This document shows positions 48,962 through 63,005 of a DNA stretch of 64,000 nucleotides, in pieces; within the stretch, counting starts at the first letter, position 1, and the number at the start of each line of letters is the position of its first letter. The notes below the pieces were generated by a model. The model was not told where the DNA came from. It did not search any database and saw only the letters and a list, made by a program, of their open reading frames with translations. The DNA is taken from contig NC_068982.1 of the NCBI RefSeq assembly GCF_001194135.2, positions 14,689,071 through 14,753,070 on the forward strand, written 5' to 3'. The position numbers and the translations under genes are program-made. The stretch comes from Octopus bimaculoides (Eukaryota).

Positions 48962-50378
48962 ATATATATATATATACACACATGTGTGTGTGTATGTATA
49001 ATTCTCAAGAAAAATAAAAGAATAAAATTAATGTTTCTGACCATCATTTCTATATATTTAAACTTTTTGTCTTAATCAAAGAAAGGGAGCTCCTTAAATT
49101 TTTATTATTAATTTGTTTATTTTACAAAGCCTCTGAATCTTGTGTGTAAAAATAAATAAGCTGTCCTAAAACTGGAGGCCTGGTTCATCAAATGCTGCCA
49201 ACACAGTGGACCATGCTAAGACACACCCACCTGTCAGGTGATTCTGTTCAACTAAATGACCAATTAAGTAGTCCATCTAAAATTTGAATTAATCTGTCCT
49301 ACATGCATCAATACAGCTTTGTCTTATTCAGTTTCAGTCACAAAGATTTGTTAAATCTAATGTTGTGGTGGCCAACACAAGTCCAAGAAGCTGTGCAGTG
49401 GGATCGAACATGACACCACATGATTTGAAGCAAGCTTCTTAACCAAGTGGCTATATCTACACCCACGTTTGTTTCAATCTAATTACTAATACTAGAAAAC
49501 AGATATCAGTGCAATTTCAGATAAAATTATTAGAAGTAGATTTACTTTAATAATACATATAGCTTTAAATTTGTTCACCAATCAAACATGTTCAAACGTA
49601 GATTAACATATAACCGAGAAATAATTAAGTAGTAGAACATAAAAGCTAATTAGATATTTCATTTAATTAGCTTTTAGACTCTATTTGCCATTAATATTCA
49701 TCCGTGGCAAGTAAGTTATCAGTTAGCACTTTTGTGACAAGATTTCAAATGTAGACTACTAATGTGTTTAAATTAAGTTTTTTTTTAAGTAATCAAAAAT
49801 TTTATAGGATTTCATAAAATAGTTATTTTTATTTACTCAAACCAGTGTTTGAGATACAACTTGGCTGAAGATAAATATTTGCACTATCATTCATGTAAAT
49901 ATTCAATTTTGGTTGATATTTTAACTTAATTATATATGTAACAATTTAATATGAGCAGTTTTGAATTGGCAATTCTCATGGAACCAAGAATTTGGACTCA
50001 GGATTATGTGGCTCGTAGTTAACAACTTAAACTCAGTCACTACACTTTGTTCATTTTATATTTGTTTTCCATGCCAGCATAGGTTAGAATATATTATATG
50101 TATGTGTATGTGTGTGTGTATGTGTTTCTTTCTATGTTCAGTTACAATAAAAACAATTTTACATTAATCTGATTGGAGTACTCTATATTTTTGTAGAGTA
50201 AAAGTTTATTACTCTTAAACAAGAATGTTGTTGACAATGACTTCAAAGTTTTAGCCATTGTCGGATTGTACATGTGTACATCTGGCTAACATATCTATAT
50301 ATTTATATATATGTGTAACATATGGTATAATTATAGATAGGGCAAATTTTAGCCATTTCTCTGCAGACTGAAAAAAAT

Positions 50379-50436
50379 TATGAACAACCTTAATCAATTT
50401 TCGAACCTTATTGGGTTCTCATCAGCAGTGTCCACA
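50379..50436 (-). ncRNA. Hammerhead-like core
   Basis: Reverse complement: tggacactg-CTGATGA-gaacc(caataa)ggttc-GAAA-attgattaaggttgttca; perfect core and 5-bp stem II, but stems I and III are imperfect. Confidence 0.45.
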
Positions 50437-52531
50437 TCATTCTGACAGTCTCCAGAGAAACAAGGAGCCAAACTGTTTATATACTCAACAAATGCAGCAG
50501 TTACTCTATGAAAGAGTCTCTAATTTGCATACTGAAAGTGTTTAACACTCTAAATATATTAGTTCACTTCTACAACCTACAAAAATGCCAATAATAATCT
50601 CAAGTTTTTTAATGTGAGTCTAAACCTATGAACTTGGATTTTCATATTAGGAAACTGAACATTAAATCAATTAAAGTAAAACTTAAGGCCTACTACTAAG
50701 CTAATAAATAAAATTATCAGTAGATGCCTTGACTTTTATTAGCTCTAATTCGGTAAGAAAAATGCAATTTAGTCCCTTTATCCCTGTGAATTACAAAATT
50801 ATATTTATTGATGGAAAAAAATTCTAACAGGACACAAGGAGTACCTTGATCCAATGGAAATTTTTTTTTCTTTTTCATATTTTTTTTTTTTCATCAAAAT
50901 ACAAAACATCTTTAATGAACTTAGTTGAATAACTTGTGCTTATAAGATTTTCCATTTACAAAACCAAAGAGTGCATTTTGCCAAAACATGCATGCAATAG
51001 TGATTCTAAGAACACCAGTAGAAATCTAGAAATAAAGCAGAAAATCCTGCCGAAAGTAATAAGTAAGATAATGGCATTGATATTAATTAATATCAACTAT
51101 TCATTCATTAGCAACTACATGTGTACGTGTTGATCAATACATTGTTTAATATACTTTTAAAAATCTACATATACTCTCATTTATTCTGATATTAAGCATG
51201 TGAATTATTTGTGTTTGATGTCAAACATGTGAATTAAAGATATTGTTTCAGGTGAAATAAAGTGTTTACTTTTGAAACACAGTTATTTGAAACTAGTAGA
51301 TTATTAGCACAGCTTTAGATACCAATCATATCTTTTCTATGAGTCTCTACTCAATAAACTTACAGGCAGGTTCCCATTCTGAAGATACGAAAAAAAAAAT
51401 AAGAAAATAAAAGATTGTACAATATATAAAAGGATAATAAAGACTAAAAGAAATAATATTAAAAATCATTTGAAAAAATGAATAATAGTGACAGAATTGA
51501 GGGGAAAAAAACAGTAGAAAATGGCAATAAAATAGACTTTTCAACCTATGCAGCAAAACCACAAAATGCAAGAAAATTATTTCAGATATATATATATATA
51601 NNNNNNNNNNNNNNNNNNNNNNNNNNNNNNNNNNNTATATATAAGTATAAATATGTGTATGAATGTGTGTGTATATATATATATATATATTTGATTTTAT
51701 ATAATCTGAATAAGATTATTCAATTCATATCCAAGTATGGAATTCTCAATAGCTCAGTAGTGAATGCAGCTTAATAGTTTAGTATGCCAAATTGTGTTGT
51801 TGCTATAGTAGAATACAATTTGAGGGATATTTGGCTGCTGATTCTAGCAATGGCCGCAGATATGTCTGTGTGACTTAAGAAGCTTGTTTTGCAACCACAT
51901 CGTTTTGGTTTTACTTCCACAGAGCAATATCTTGGACAGATATCTTCATTTGTAGCCTCAATTTGCCCAAGTCTTTATCAGTGGAATTTGAGAGATGGAA
52001 ACCATGTAGAACCACTGACCAAGATTAAGCAAACCTTTAGTGGAACCCACCCTGCCAGAAGCATTCAAGCCAGGGCATTATCTAAGGCTAACTTCCTCTC
52101 TACCTTCCACCAGTCACAGCTGCCCTGAATAAGATCAGAGGCACTGCACAATACTTTCTCCTCTGATTAAGCCATTAAAAATGAAATTTAGGCAACCAAA
52201 CACAAAGAGACTGTCTTGTTGTCTTGAAGGTGCTAGGTTTTAAATCAGATGTGGATAATACAGCAGCAACAAAGATTAAGCCATGATGTTCCAATCAGAT
52301 TATTGTTTCTGTCAAAAACTCAGTAGCTAAAGTGGCTGGGTTTCAGTCTCATTGTATTAAATGATCTTTATGCCAAGACATCGACTTAAAAGCAGTAATA
52401 ATACTTTGCCTACCCAAACCATGCTCACTGCACATATAAAACCTCTTAACTGCTTAAACAGGAAGTTAATTTGTGGTCTCTGCAATATAAGCCGTAAGAA
52501 AGTTAAAGTACTAACAAAGCATGTGTTTTTT

Positions 52532-52570
<39 letters not shown>

Positions 52571-53324
52571 CTTCTTCTTCTTCTTCTTCTCTTTTTGTGT
52601 CTTTCTTATGAATGCAGCCAAACTGAATACTATCAATGTAAATCAATAACTTACTGAAAATTTAGTGTTTTTTTGTGTTTTGCTCAACAGATTGAATAAG
52701 TGGAACTATCAAAATATATATTGCTGCTTAAAAAGAAGAAAACAACTGAAGTATTTTTCCAAAACTGCAGCGTGTTTTTTTTTTTTGAGATTTTTTTTTT
52801 ATAGAGTATTCGCTGCTTTGAAAACTGAAAGTAGCATAACAATCTAAATAGCAATACTATTTGGTCACTAGTGTAACAAAATAGTAACAATAGTATTAGA
52901 GAATTCTTACAAATTCAAGATTGATGTTGGATGCCAGGGGAGATGTACATCCCTGAAAATATTCCAAATTGCAATATGAATTAATGTTTAAGTTATACAA
53001 ATTCTTACATATGTGTGACCACTTACGATATCAACTGAAATAAGGTAGTAGTTAGTATAAACTAAAAATGACTTTTCTGCACACACACATACTCATATAT
53101 ATATATATATATACACACATACACACATTGCAAACCTATGAGTGCATGTGTATTTATGTGCAAAATATATGCATGTGTCATAACACAAACACACACACAC
53201 ATATACATACCTACATGCACACACTGAAACATATCATATACATACACATGTTCATATATGCATATGTATGCATATACAAATACCAGATGAAAGGAGGAAT
53301 AAATTCATTATAATTATAGAAATT

Positions 53325-53380
<56 letters not shown>

Positions 53381-54094
53381 ACACACACAACTCAAACACA
53401 AAATCAAACGATTTCTTGTTGAATAATAAACTTAATAAATATAAATATGCAAATTGTATAATTCAAATTATGTAAATATTCTTATAATATAAAACCATAC
53501 TTTTTTTCTAATACTTGAGTGAGATGATCAACATCCTTCACTTGCAATGTCTTAGATTTGTAACAAAAAACATAATACCACATTCCCTACTAATGAAGCC
53601 TAACAGCAATTAATGGTAAGTCAGGGGAAATTAAAAGATTTTATTCCCAAAACACAAGACCAGAAAATCCATTCAATAATAGTGAGACAGCCTGCACAGT
53701 AATACATAATATTTTGATAATACATAAGTAATTCTGATTCTATGTAAGTAATATTTAACTATGAATTGAAATTAAATACATTATTTGTTATAAATACATT
53801 TATTAATGAGCCAGTTGACGAAAACACTATGAAATATAAATAAAAAGCATTATCTATTATAGACAATTATAATTGCAACATTTATATTATTTGTGAGTCT
53901 TGGGAATAAATGTATGGTATATTTGTTTAGGATCCAAAACTCAGTGGGACAAATAGGGTACTTCATTCACATGAACACTTACTACTGGATTCAAGTCCTG
54001 CTCTTTGCACTTTTTTTTTAAATATGAAAATTATATGTAATGTAATTAAAGTGTTACCAATGCAATTGAAAGACAGGAGAATAATATTATAGAT

Positions 54095-54257
54095 TAGTGG
54101 TTCTCAACCATTTTTTGTTCATGAGCCCCTTTGGTTCCTATTTTACTCTAATGGACCCCATGTTAAAAACAAAATCCTAATATATTTTTATAATTAGATG
54201 TTATTTGGGACTGTATAAATAACAAACTCTTATATGGACCCCAGTTGAAGTTTACTA
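54095..54257. mobile_element. hAT (Charlie-like) MITE, 163 bp
   Basis: Left end tagtggttctcaacc, degenerate right TIR; 8-bp TSD ttatagat at 54087-54094 and 54258-54265. Confidence 0.8.
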
Positions 54258-54819
54258 TTATAGATATCTTTGATTTTGTTAGAGATCATGTCTTCAATTA
54301 TATATAACACCCACTGTAAACATATAGGATTCTTATAACAACGTAGTCCCAACAGAAAGTGAAGAGAAGTGAACTACGATTTTCTCACAAACAATAGTAT
54401 TTAGCTCTTTCTAGAGTACATTCACTTCCACATGTAAAGATACAAATGATAGGTAACAACTCTCAATATAAAAGAGGTAACAAGTGTATAACAAAGAACA
54501 TATTATTCCAAGATGTTTTCACACAAAATTGCACCTTCATCTGGACGTTACACCATCTTAAGAATAAAACACTTAATATAGATACAATTTTAACAGAAAT
54601 TACATATTTTATATTTCTCTACAAACTTCTAATAATCACAGTTTTCAAAATAATCATGGAATTTCCATAGATACTGTTAGTATACATATTTTGGGATACT
54701 TTTTTACTGTTATTCTCCTGGAATCTGTCACTGGACTGCATCTGTGCTAGGGGGCTGCATTCGATGGTTATCTGTTAGTCATTCTTATCAAGTCTAGTAT
54801 TTATTTTATTGAATAACAT

Positions 54820-56330
54820 TTTATATTCTTTTCCACCATGTAAATGGCTTTAGGGCATAATGTCTGAGTGCAATGAATGGGATGATGTTCTTGGAGCCAA
54901 TGGCCTGCCTTATGGTTTGAAGCAACTGGGGGTATGTGAATGCACAGTCAGGAGCCTGATGAGTGAAAAGGGATAAATTTGGAAAAGATTGGTGAAGAAT
55001 GTACAGTGTGAAGTTGAATGCAAAGGAGTTGCCATTGTTGAGAAGAGGAGGAAAACAGTTGAATGACTCCTCTCTGGTTGCAGTCAAGGAAGTCACAGTG
55101 CAAAGTAGCAACAGATGTGGGAGCAATATTCTGCTGCAGGACTCCTTTGACTTTCGTAGAGTGTCAACAATTGTTGGGAGATAAAATATTTTCTGGCCTT
55201 AAAGAAAAGAGCCAGTCTATGTTAAGGGAGTGTTTTTGCCAGGAAAGATCTTCAGTCATAGTGATTCCTAGCATAGAGACAGCGATTGGTATAATTCAGT
55301 ACCACTCCTGTTTAGGAGGATGTGGTGCAATAGTATTTTCTTGATATGAGTAGTTCTTGATATTTTTTTTTTGTTTTTTTTTTGTTGTTAGAAGAATCAA
55401 AATTGTCATGGCCCCAATAGAGGATGCTCTCAAAGTTTCTATTCATGGAATCAGTGCAGGTTTGGTATGTGGTGTCTATGTTGCATGTGGATGATATGTG
55501 GTTGGAGAAGGTTAGAGAGGAATGAAAAGTCATATTATCTGCATAAGAGTAGGTATTGTTAGACAAGGCAAGTAGGTCATAGATGTATAGAAGGAAGGGA
55601 GTGAGGAACAAAACTGAACCCTAAGGCACACCAGGGCTGGTTGTGAATAGGACAGAAAGTGCTCCATCAACACATGCCCCAATGGCATGACCTGATGGGA
55701 AGAGAATGATTCAAGAGATGGATGGAGACTAACATACCAGACATGGCTGAAGGTTTTGTTGATGTCTCAGGCAACATCATTGCTTTTACCAAACTTCTCT
55801 AAGATGGAAGCCCTTTCCTCTGGTGAATGACATAAAGGTAGATGCAGTAAATCTGGCTCTACTGAAGCCATAGTAATGGTCATTGCAAAAAGAAGGAAAT
55901 TCAAGATGCTGGAAAACATTATTATTGTTTTTTCATCTCCATTACTGTGACAATGTAAGGAATGAACGCAATAGGACTATCATTGGATTGATCAGAGAAT
56001 TGCCTTTCTTTGAAACAAACACACTGTAGCATGTTTCTATGTGTCAGGGTATATTCATGCAAAGTGAGAAATTAAAAAGTTTGGTGAGTATAGAGATGAG
56101 TTCTAAGGCACAATATCTAAGTGTGATAGATGGGTGGTTCTCAGAGCCAATGGCTTTAATGGCTTGAGGCAACTGAAAGTATTTTCACACATGGCATGTG
56201 AATTCACAGTAGAGAGCCTGGTGTGTTTAAGAGTAGAAGATGTGCTGGGTTAACTAATGATTGAAACTAGTGCAAGTGTAAGAAAAAGTAATCCAATATG
56301 AAGATAAAGACGAGCATTAAAACAGTCAGA
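54820..56330 (-). pseudogene. Decayed CR1/L2/Jockey-like LINE ORF2 (reverse transcriptase region)
   Basis: SPGVP*GSVLFLTPFLLYIYDLL..YSYADNMTFHSS (GVPQGS and YADD motifs, degenerate); multiple stops; boundaries approximate. Confidence 0.75.
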
Positions 56331-57221
56331 ATTATGACAATGGTGATGATGATGATGGCGATGATCATGATCATGATCATGATCATGATGAAAATGCCAG
56401 TGTAAATAACCTACATAAGCACTAACTATTTTGTAAAAGATACAGATAAAGAATTGTGTGACACTATCAAAGTTCTAAATTCCCAAATAGGTGTCTTACT
56501 GATAGCATGTGTTGCTTGCAAATGATTACTTTTGTTCTTTTTGATTTTTTTCTTTGTTTGTTTTTTCCCTTTCGTTGACATTGTTGATAAGGAAACGTGT
56601 ACTCATAAACTGTGAAAAGGTTAATGAGGGTGAATTGCAAATAGCATTCTTAATCAATAAATTAAAACATGATGTGACTGGAACACTCACTGATTAAAAC
56701 ATATCTGTCCCAAAAGGCATTTTGCACAATACAACTGTCTTAGCTCATACATAATTCTAACAGATTATAATGTCTTGTTCAAGAGCATCTCTCACCTAGT
56801 CTAATACCACCAACTGGCCTTTGGATGTCTCTCACGGAGTTCAGTCTTTTGGCAAGCATTTGAGCCAGATTCCCTGTTTGGTTATATCTGCTTCTCTTCA
56901 TCCAACTAGTCAAGGACGCTTTGTAAAATGTCATAAATGTTGCTTTTCTTCCTCCGAACCAAATTATTAGAAAGGGGAAGAGAAGGATGCAGATTAATTC
57001 TACATTCTGAGGAAGATGTGACTTACCTTACTTTTTGTATAAATGATCAACTTGATAAGGATTAATAGGCAACTAAACAAAGATGTTTTGTGCTATCTAA
57101 CATTGATATGATTTTAAATCACACAAGAAAGTATCATATTTTTGTAGGCTATCAGGTTTGATAAAACATGTATCAGTAAGAAACTAAAGGTATAAGAGTG
57201 GTAGGTAGGATGATACAATAA

Positions 57222-57520
57222 AATAGACACTCTTGGAGTGGTTGGTGTTAGGAAGAGCATCCAGCTGTAGAAACTGCCAGACCAGTCCTCAGTCAAATCA
57301 TCCAACTCATGCTAGCATGGAAAGCGGACGTTAAACGATGATGATGATGATGATATGATGGGCTTCTTTCAGATTCCGCCTACCAAATCCACTCACAACG
57401 CTTTGGTTGGCTTGATGCTATAGTAGAAGACACTTGCCCAAGTTGCCATACAGTGGGACTGAACTCAGAACCATGTACTTCATAAGCAAGCTACTTACCA
57501 CACAGATGCTCCTGCACCTA
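57222..57520. mobile_element. RTE-like tail (+, 57222-57354) abutting a SINE A head (-, 57356-57520)
   Basis: Family motifs. Confidence 0.8.
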
Positions 57521-58133
57521 TTGTTTACTAATGTGACAAATATAAACTAAAAAACAAAATCGCAAGACTAAAAATGAACTGAAAATATATTTCTTTAAAC
57601 AGTATCAAAAAAAATTCCCCTCCATTTTCTGTTAATCTTTCTCCTCTCACTTTCCCTCTCCCTCCCTCTCCCTCTCTCTCTCTCTCTAACTCATCCTTCC
57701 TCTCTCACTATTCATATTCTCCAGTTTTTCAACCTCCGCCTCCAAATCTATTAATATCATCTATTTATAAAATCTGGAAACTCAAATAATATTGCCGTTG
57801 CTATTGTTTCATTGCACAAATGTATATATATTCTACAACACACCACAATGAAATTATCAATAATGTCCTCCAGCTATACATCATTCATGATGACAGCTTC
57901 GGTTATAGTTTCATTTTAAGTGTTACAACAAAAACTCTTATTGTTAAATTCATTATGGAAATTCACAATTCTTATCTCAAAGGAATTTTGATTGAAAGTA
58001 TTGAATAAAAATACAGAAATTCTGCAAAAAAAAAAAAGGAAACGTTCTAAATCTAAATTATTTAAAATAAATCATCATCACCATTATCATCATCATCATC
58101 ATCATCATCAACATCAGCAGCAGTAGGAAGAAA

Positions 58134-58170
<37 letters not shown>

Positions 58171-58386
58171 GTGCATGTCTATATACATACATATAAACAT
58201 ATATATATATATATTTATGTAATTTTCACTTGTCTTGCCCATATACGTTTTGTTGCTTCGCTAAATTTTCTTTGAGAACAATTCAGTCTTAGTAGAAGCA
58301 TTACATATGATCTTCTTCTAGCATATTAACAGTCCACCTAGTGGTCTCCTTTATATATATATATATATATATATATNNNNNNNNNN

Positions 58387-59183
58387 TTGAATTTCTTTCC
58401 ATACAAGATGCTGGCCATTCAAGAATTGAAGACTATGGATCATGCTAAAAGGCTTCATTATTGTTATTGGTTCCAAAACTTTGTTTTTACACCAATGAGA
58501 CTTGGTTTCATATCTCGGGAAACATAAATTCGCAAAACACAAGGTTACGGAGCACTGAGAATCCACACGTGATGCATGAGCAGCCTCTGCATCCCGAAAA
58601 AGTTCGAGTATGGATAGCAATTTCAAGAAAGCGTATTGTGGGACCAATATTTTTTGAAGACACCATCAACACCGAAAGATATTGCTCAAATATTGTCTCT
58701 CCATTTGTAGGCCAACTCACTGAAAGTGAAATTAATAATGCATACTTTCAGCCAGATGGAGCTACAGCACATACTTCACGCATCACCATGGCGCTACTTC
58801 AAGAGTTTTTTGATGAACGGATTATTTCGAAGGGACTTTGGTCACCAAGATCACCTGATTTAACATCACCAGACATTTTTTTCTGGGGAGCAAGTAAAGG
58901 ATCAGTGTACAAGAATTGCCTGGAAACCATTAATGAGCGAAAAGATACAATCATAACCTTGACATGGTCCATACTGCGTCAGACTCTCCAAAATGTATTT
59001 CAAAACATGTGTAGAAGAGTCAGCTTATGTATTGAAAATGAAGGACGACACTTTCAACACCTCTTATAAAGTTTTTCTAAAGTCATGTAAAGTCTAATAT
59101 ATTCTTTTGTAATCTTATACCATCTTATAAATATTTATTTTGCAATAAAATACTTACTGCGGAGAGACTTTTTGAACACCCTG
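58387..59183 (+). mobile_element. rosa/Visitor-like Tc1-mariner element, 3' half; decayed transposase with DD38D spacing
   Basis: LNFFPYKMLAIQELKTMDHAKRLHYCYWF /frameshift/ TNETWFHISGNINSQN..PLHPEKVRVW..GPIFF..FQPDGATAH..WSPRSPDLTSPDIFFWG..GRHFQHLL*; right TIR ctttttgaacaccctg followed by TA. Confidence 0.9.
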
Positions 59184-59440
59184 TATATGTAAGTACATAC
59201 TCACACACACACACACACATATATGTATATATCCATGTGTGTGTGTATATGTATATATATATATTATTACTAATTACAATCTAAATGGGAGGATCTTTCA
59301 AGGCTAATAATGTAGTATTTGTTCTAAAAACACATCCACGTTAAGCTGGATATAAAGATTACATATATATATATATATCGTTTAACGTCCGCTTTCCATG
59401 CTAGCATGGGTTGGACATATATATATATTAAGGATCAGGA

Positions 59441-59655
59441 GTAAGGCCAGAACAATGTGAAGTAAATACAAGGCAAATCCCAAGAAAACAAATATATGAA
59501 TTAATGTAGACTTACCTTGCATTCAATATTCGTCAGTTTCTTGAAAATGGGGTCATAACCCCGAAATATTGATTGTAAGGTAAGTCTACATTAATTCATA
59601 TATTTGTTTTCTTGTGATTTGTCTTGCATTTACTTCGCATTGTTCTGGGCTTACC
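59441..59655. mobile_element. Long-TIR MITE (same family as 27025-27235)
   Basis: TIRs of about 90 bp: gtaaggccagaacaatgtgaagtaaatacaagg... / ...cttgcatttacttcgcattgttctgggcttac. Confidence 0.8.
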
Positions 59656-59729
59656 CACAATCCTTTATACAATATATTCTACACAATGCTGCATAGTAAT
59701 TATTCCATTATATATATATATATATATAT

Positions 59730-59936
59730 NNNNNNNNNNNNNNNNNNNNNNNNNNNNNNNNNNNNNNNNNNNNNNNNNNNNNNNNNNNNNNNNNNNNNNN
59801 NNNNNNNNNNNNNNNNNNNNNNNNNNNNNNNNNNNNNNNNNNNNNNNNNNNNNNNNNNNNNNNNNNNNNNNNNNNNNNNNNNNNNNNNNNNNNNNNNNNN
59901 NNNNNNNNNNNNNNNNNNNNNNNNNNNNNNNNNNNN
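59730..59936. other. Assembly gap flanked by (TA)n
   Basis: Run of N. Confidence 1.
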
Positions 59937-61584
59937 ATATATATTACCTATATAGTGTATAGTTTCTTTAGTCTACCTTTTTTATGGTTGTCAAAAGTGA
60001 GAAATGTTTTGTGTTCCAGTCAATACCTTCAAATATGTGTCTTAGTTTTGGCTCCTTTCTCAACAAGCTAATGAACCTTTAATTCTCTAAAGCCATCTGT
60101 AAAACATGAAAGCAAAAATGGGTGCTGGTATAGCTGTGTGGTTTAGAAATTCACAGTCATGTGCAGAGAATCTTGGAAAAGTGTCTTCTGCTGTAGTCTG
60201 AAGTCAAGCAAAGCTTTGTGAATGAGATTTAGCAGACAAACTATTTTGGAAGCCTACCAAATAGAATTACATCTAGTTTAAACAAACAAAAATATCTTTC
60301 AAGCTTGATATAAATAGGAATTACCAAAGGACTTCCAGAAATAAAAATAGTTTCTCTCTCTTGTAGTGTTGCGAGAAATAATAACCTTAATTCCTCTCTA
60401 GTCTGTATCAATTCTTATTTAAAGTTCCTGCCTTCCAAAATGAGTCACCAGTGATGTTTCCTTCAGAATTCATTTTTGCTTTTAGCCTAGTTTCTTTAGC
60501 TGTATGTCCTTCATATCACCAACCACCTTACAGAGTGTACTAAATGTATTTTACTATATCACAGTAACTTTTTTCACTGGCTTCTATATGACTATATTGT
60601 TGTTGAAGTAGTCAATTAGCCAGAGGTTGACTCTAATTGAGCAAACCTATGATCAAATGTAATCAATTATGACCATCTCATGTCTTTCTTTTTTTTATTT
60701 AGGCACAGACTGGATTGGATTGCCTAAGTTTAGTTCACTGTAGGACAGGGGTCTCAACATATTCTCTCCATCAACCACAGTCTGATGTGCAGGCCATGAC
60801 TTTGAGCATGAGATCATACTGATTTGATGAGCCTACTCTGCTACACTGGCTCAATATGGCTTGGAAGAAGGGTGCAGTTTTTTATACTTTTACCCAGGAG
60901 TAGTCAAGTCAATTACATTGACTCCAATGCTCAGCTGGTACTTATTTTATCAACCCCGACATAGTGCCCCCTAGATTACTTTGAGTATGATTTGAAGGAG
61001 ATTTATCTGCCATTTCTAGAAGGTTAAACAACTACATGTAAGTTCTCTCATGGGTTAATTTTTATTATATAATCACATGGATAAGTAATACTCTGATTAA
61101 ATTCCTACCCTTTAATTCTGGACATATCATCTTTGTAGACTTCTTTTAAATATTAATGAATTCTTCTCTACTATAAACAATTATAATTACAAATCTTCCT
61201 ATTCCTATAAAACCACAATATATTCTTCTCTCTCGTTCCAATTTTAATTATCATCCTTTGTGACTTTAATAGCTCTCAATTAACTTTTACTTAAGAATCT
61301 CCAGTATATTTCTCAATGGGCTTCCAAGTGTCTGATAACATTCAGAAAACTTTCCTAAAGATCACATCTCTTCTGTTTTGCTTAAGAATAAAATTCTCAA
61401 CTAAATGGCTCAACATGTGTATTTAACCAAATTCAATGACTTCTGTGAGAAAGTCCCTATTGCCCTGTAGCAGGGAGTTTAGTCATTTTTCTCAGATCCC
61501 AAAAACAATTATCAAGATTTTTAAAACTTTAGCCATGGTCCACCACAGATTACTGCCTCAACTTCTTCCATCTGATATCAGATG

Positions 61585-61955
61585 GGTGTTTGATAAGAAG
61601 TTTTCTTCCCAACCACATGGTTCCAGGTTCAGTCCCACTGCATGGCACCTTGGGCAAGTGTCTTCTACTATAACCTCGAGCCAACCAAAGCTTTGTGAGT
61701 GGATTTGGTAGACGAATACTGAAAGAAGCCCATCATGTGTGTGTGTGCATGTGTCTTTGTCTGTCCCCGCCATCACTACATGTCAACCAGTGTCGGTGTG
61801 TTACCATCCCTGTAACTTAGTAGTTTGGCAAAAGTGACCAATAGAATAAGTACCAGGTTTAACAAAAATAAAAGCACTGGGGTCGAATCATTCAACTAAA
61901 ATTCCTCAAGGCAGTACCCTAGCATGGCCACAGTCTAATGACTGAAACAAGTGCA
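61585..61955 (+). mobile_element. SINE family A
   Basis: Head and tail motifs. Confidence 0.85.
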
Positions 61956-62757
61956 AAAAAAACCCACAAAAAAGACATATTCCAGCTGTCACAAACTATC
62001 TTCAATCACTGAATCATACCTCTTCATTTTCTACTCTATCTATTCCTCCACCATACGATCATAGTAGTCTGTTCTATATAGTAGTCTGTTCTATATACAC
62101 AAGCTTATTTATTTTCAAAAGGTAGCAGTGACTTCTAATATTCACCACAACAAGCTTAGTAGCTCAGCTTATGTTTGTTTTATATAATTATAAAAACTTG
62201 TATTGATAAATATACATACACATAAATACTTCCATAAAACTTGAAGGAAACAGTTTGGCTTCTCTCTTATACTTAGACTTACATAATTCTGGGAACTCAA
62301 TGACTATCTATCTCTCTCTCCAAGAATTTAACTTATATTTCTAAGTAAACGCACGCTCATTACCATTCAAGTGGAGTGGAAGAGGAGGGGAATTCAATGT
62401 CATGAACTTTGAATTTTTTGGTCATAAAATCTCAGGTGCATTCTTAAAAGATAAAATGTAAAAGTAATTATTTATAGGTAACATAATTTAATTATTTTTA
62501 GATCGAGTCATTATTGATAAAACTGAAAATTTAAAAGTTTGAGGCAAATGAGACTTAAGAGGGTTTAGACATGATTTTCCAGTCTATTCTAATGACATGT
62601 ATTAAACTTATCTTCACTTTCTATTGTGTTAAACAATTATAGATAAATCTTGCTTTGAGCAAAAGATATGTAAACTGCCTGTGAAATTAAAAACAAGTGA
62701 AAACTAAAGCAAAGAAAAACTCATCTCCCAAATAGGTAAAGAGAGAGACAAAATCAA

Positions 62758-63005
62758 ATGCGCCCTTTTAAAGCCTAGTCAGGCTCGTGGGCCCGGTTTC
62801 CCGGTTTCAATGGAATACATGTTCCCCAGCTGGACAGGACACCAGTCCATCGCAGCGTTATTCATTTTTTCCAGCTGAGCGAACTGGAGCAACGTGAAAT
62901 GAAGTGTTTTGCACAAAAACACAAAGCGTCGCCCGGGGCAGGAATCGAAACCACAATCTTACGATCATGATGCTGACACCCTAACCACTAGGCCACGTGC
63001 CTCCA
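62758..63005 (-). mobile_element. SINE family D
   Basis: Near-identical to 19683-19932, retains more CpGs. Confidence 0.85.

Noticed and set aside
57027-57110. Strong minus-strand donor AAG|gtaagt
   Set aside because: The upstream ATG frame closes before the donor; could only be a UTR exon, which is untestable here.
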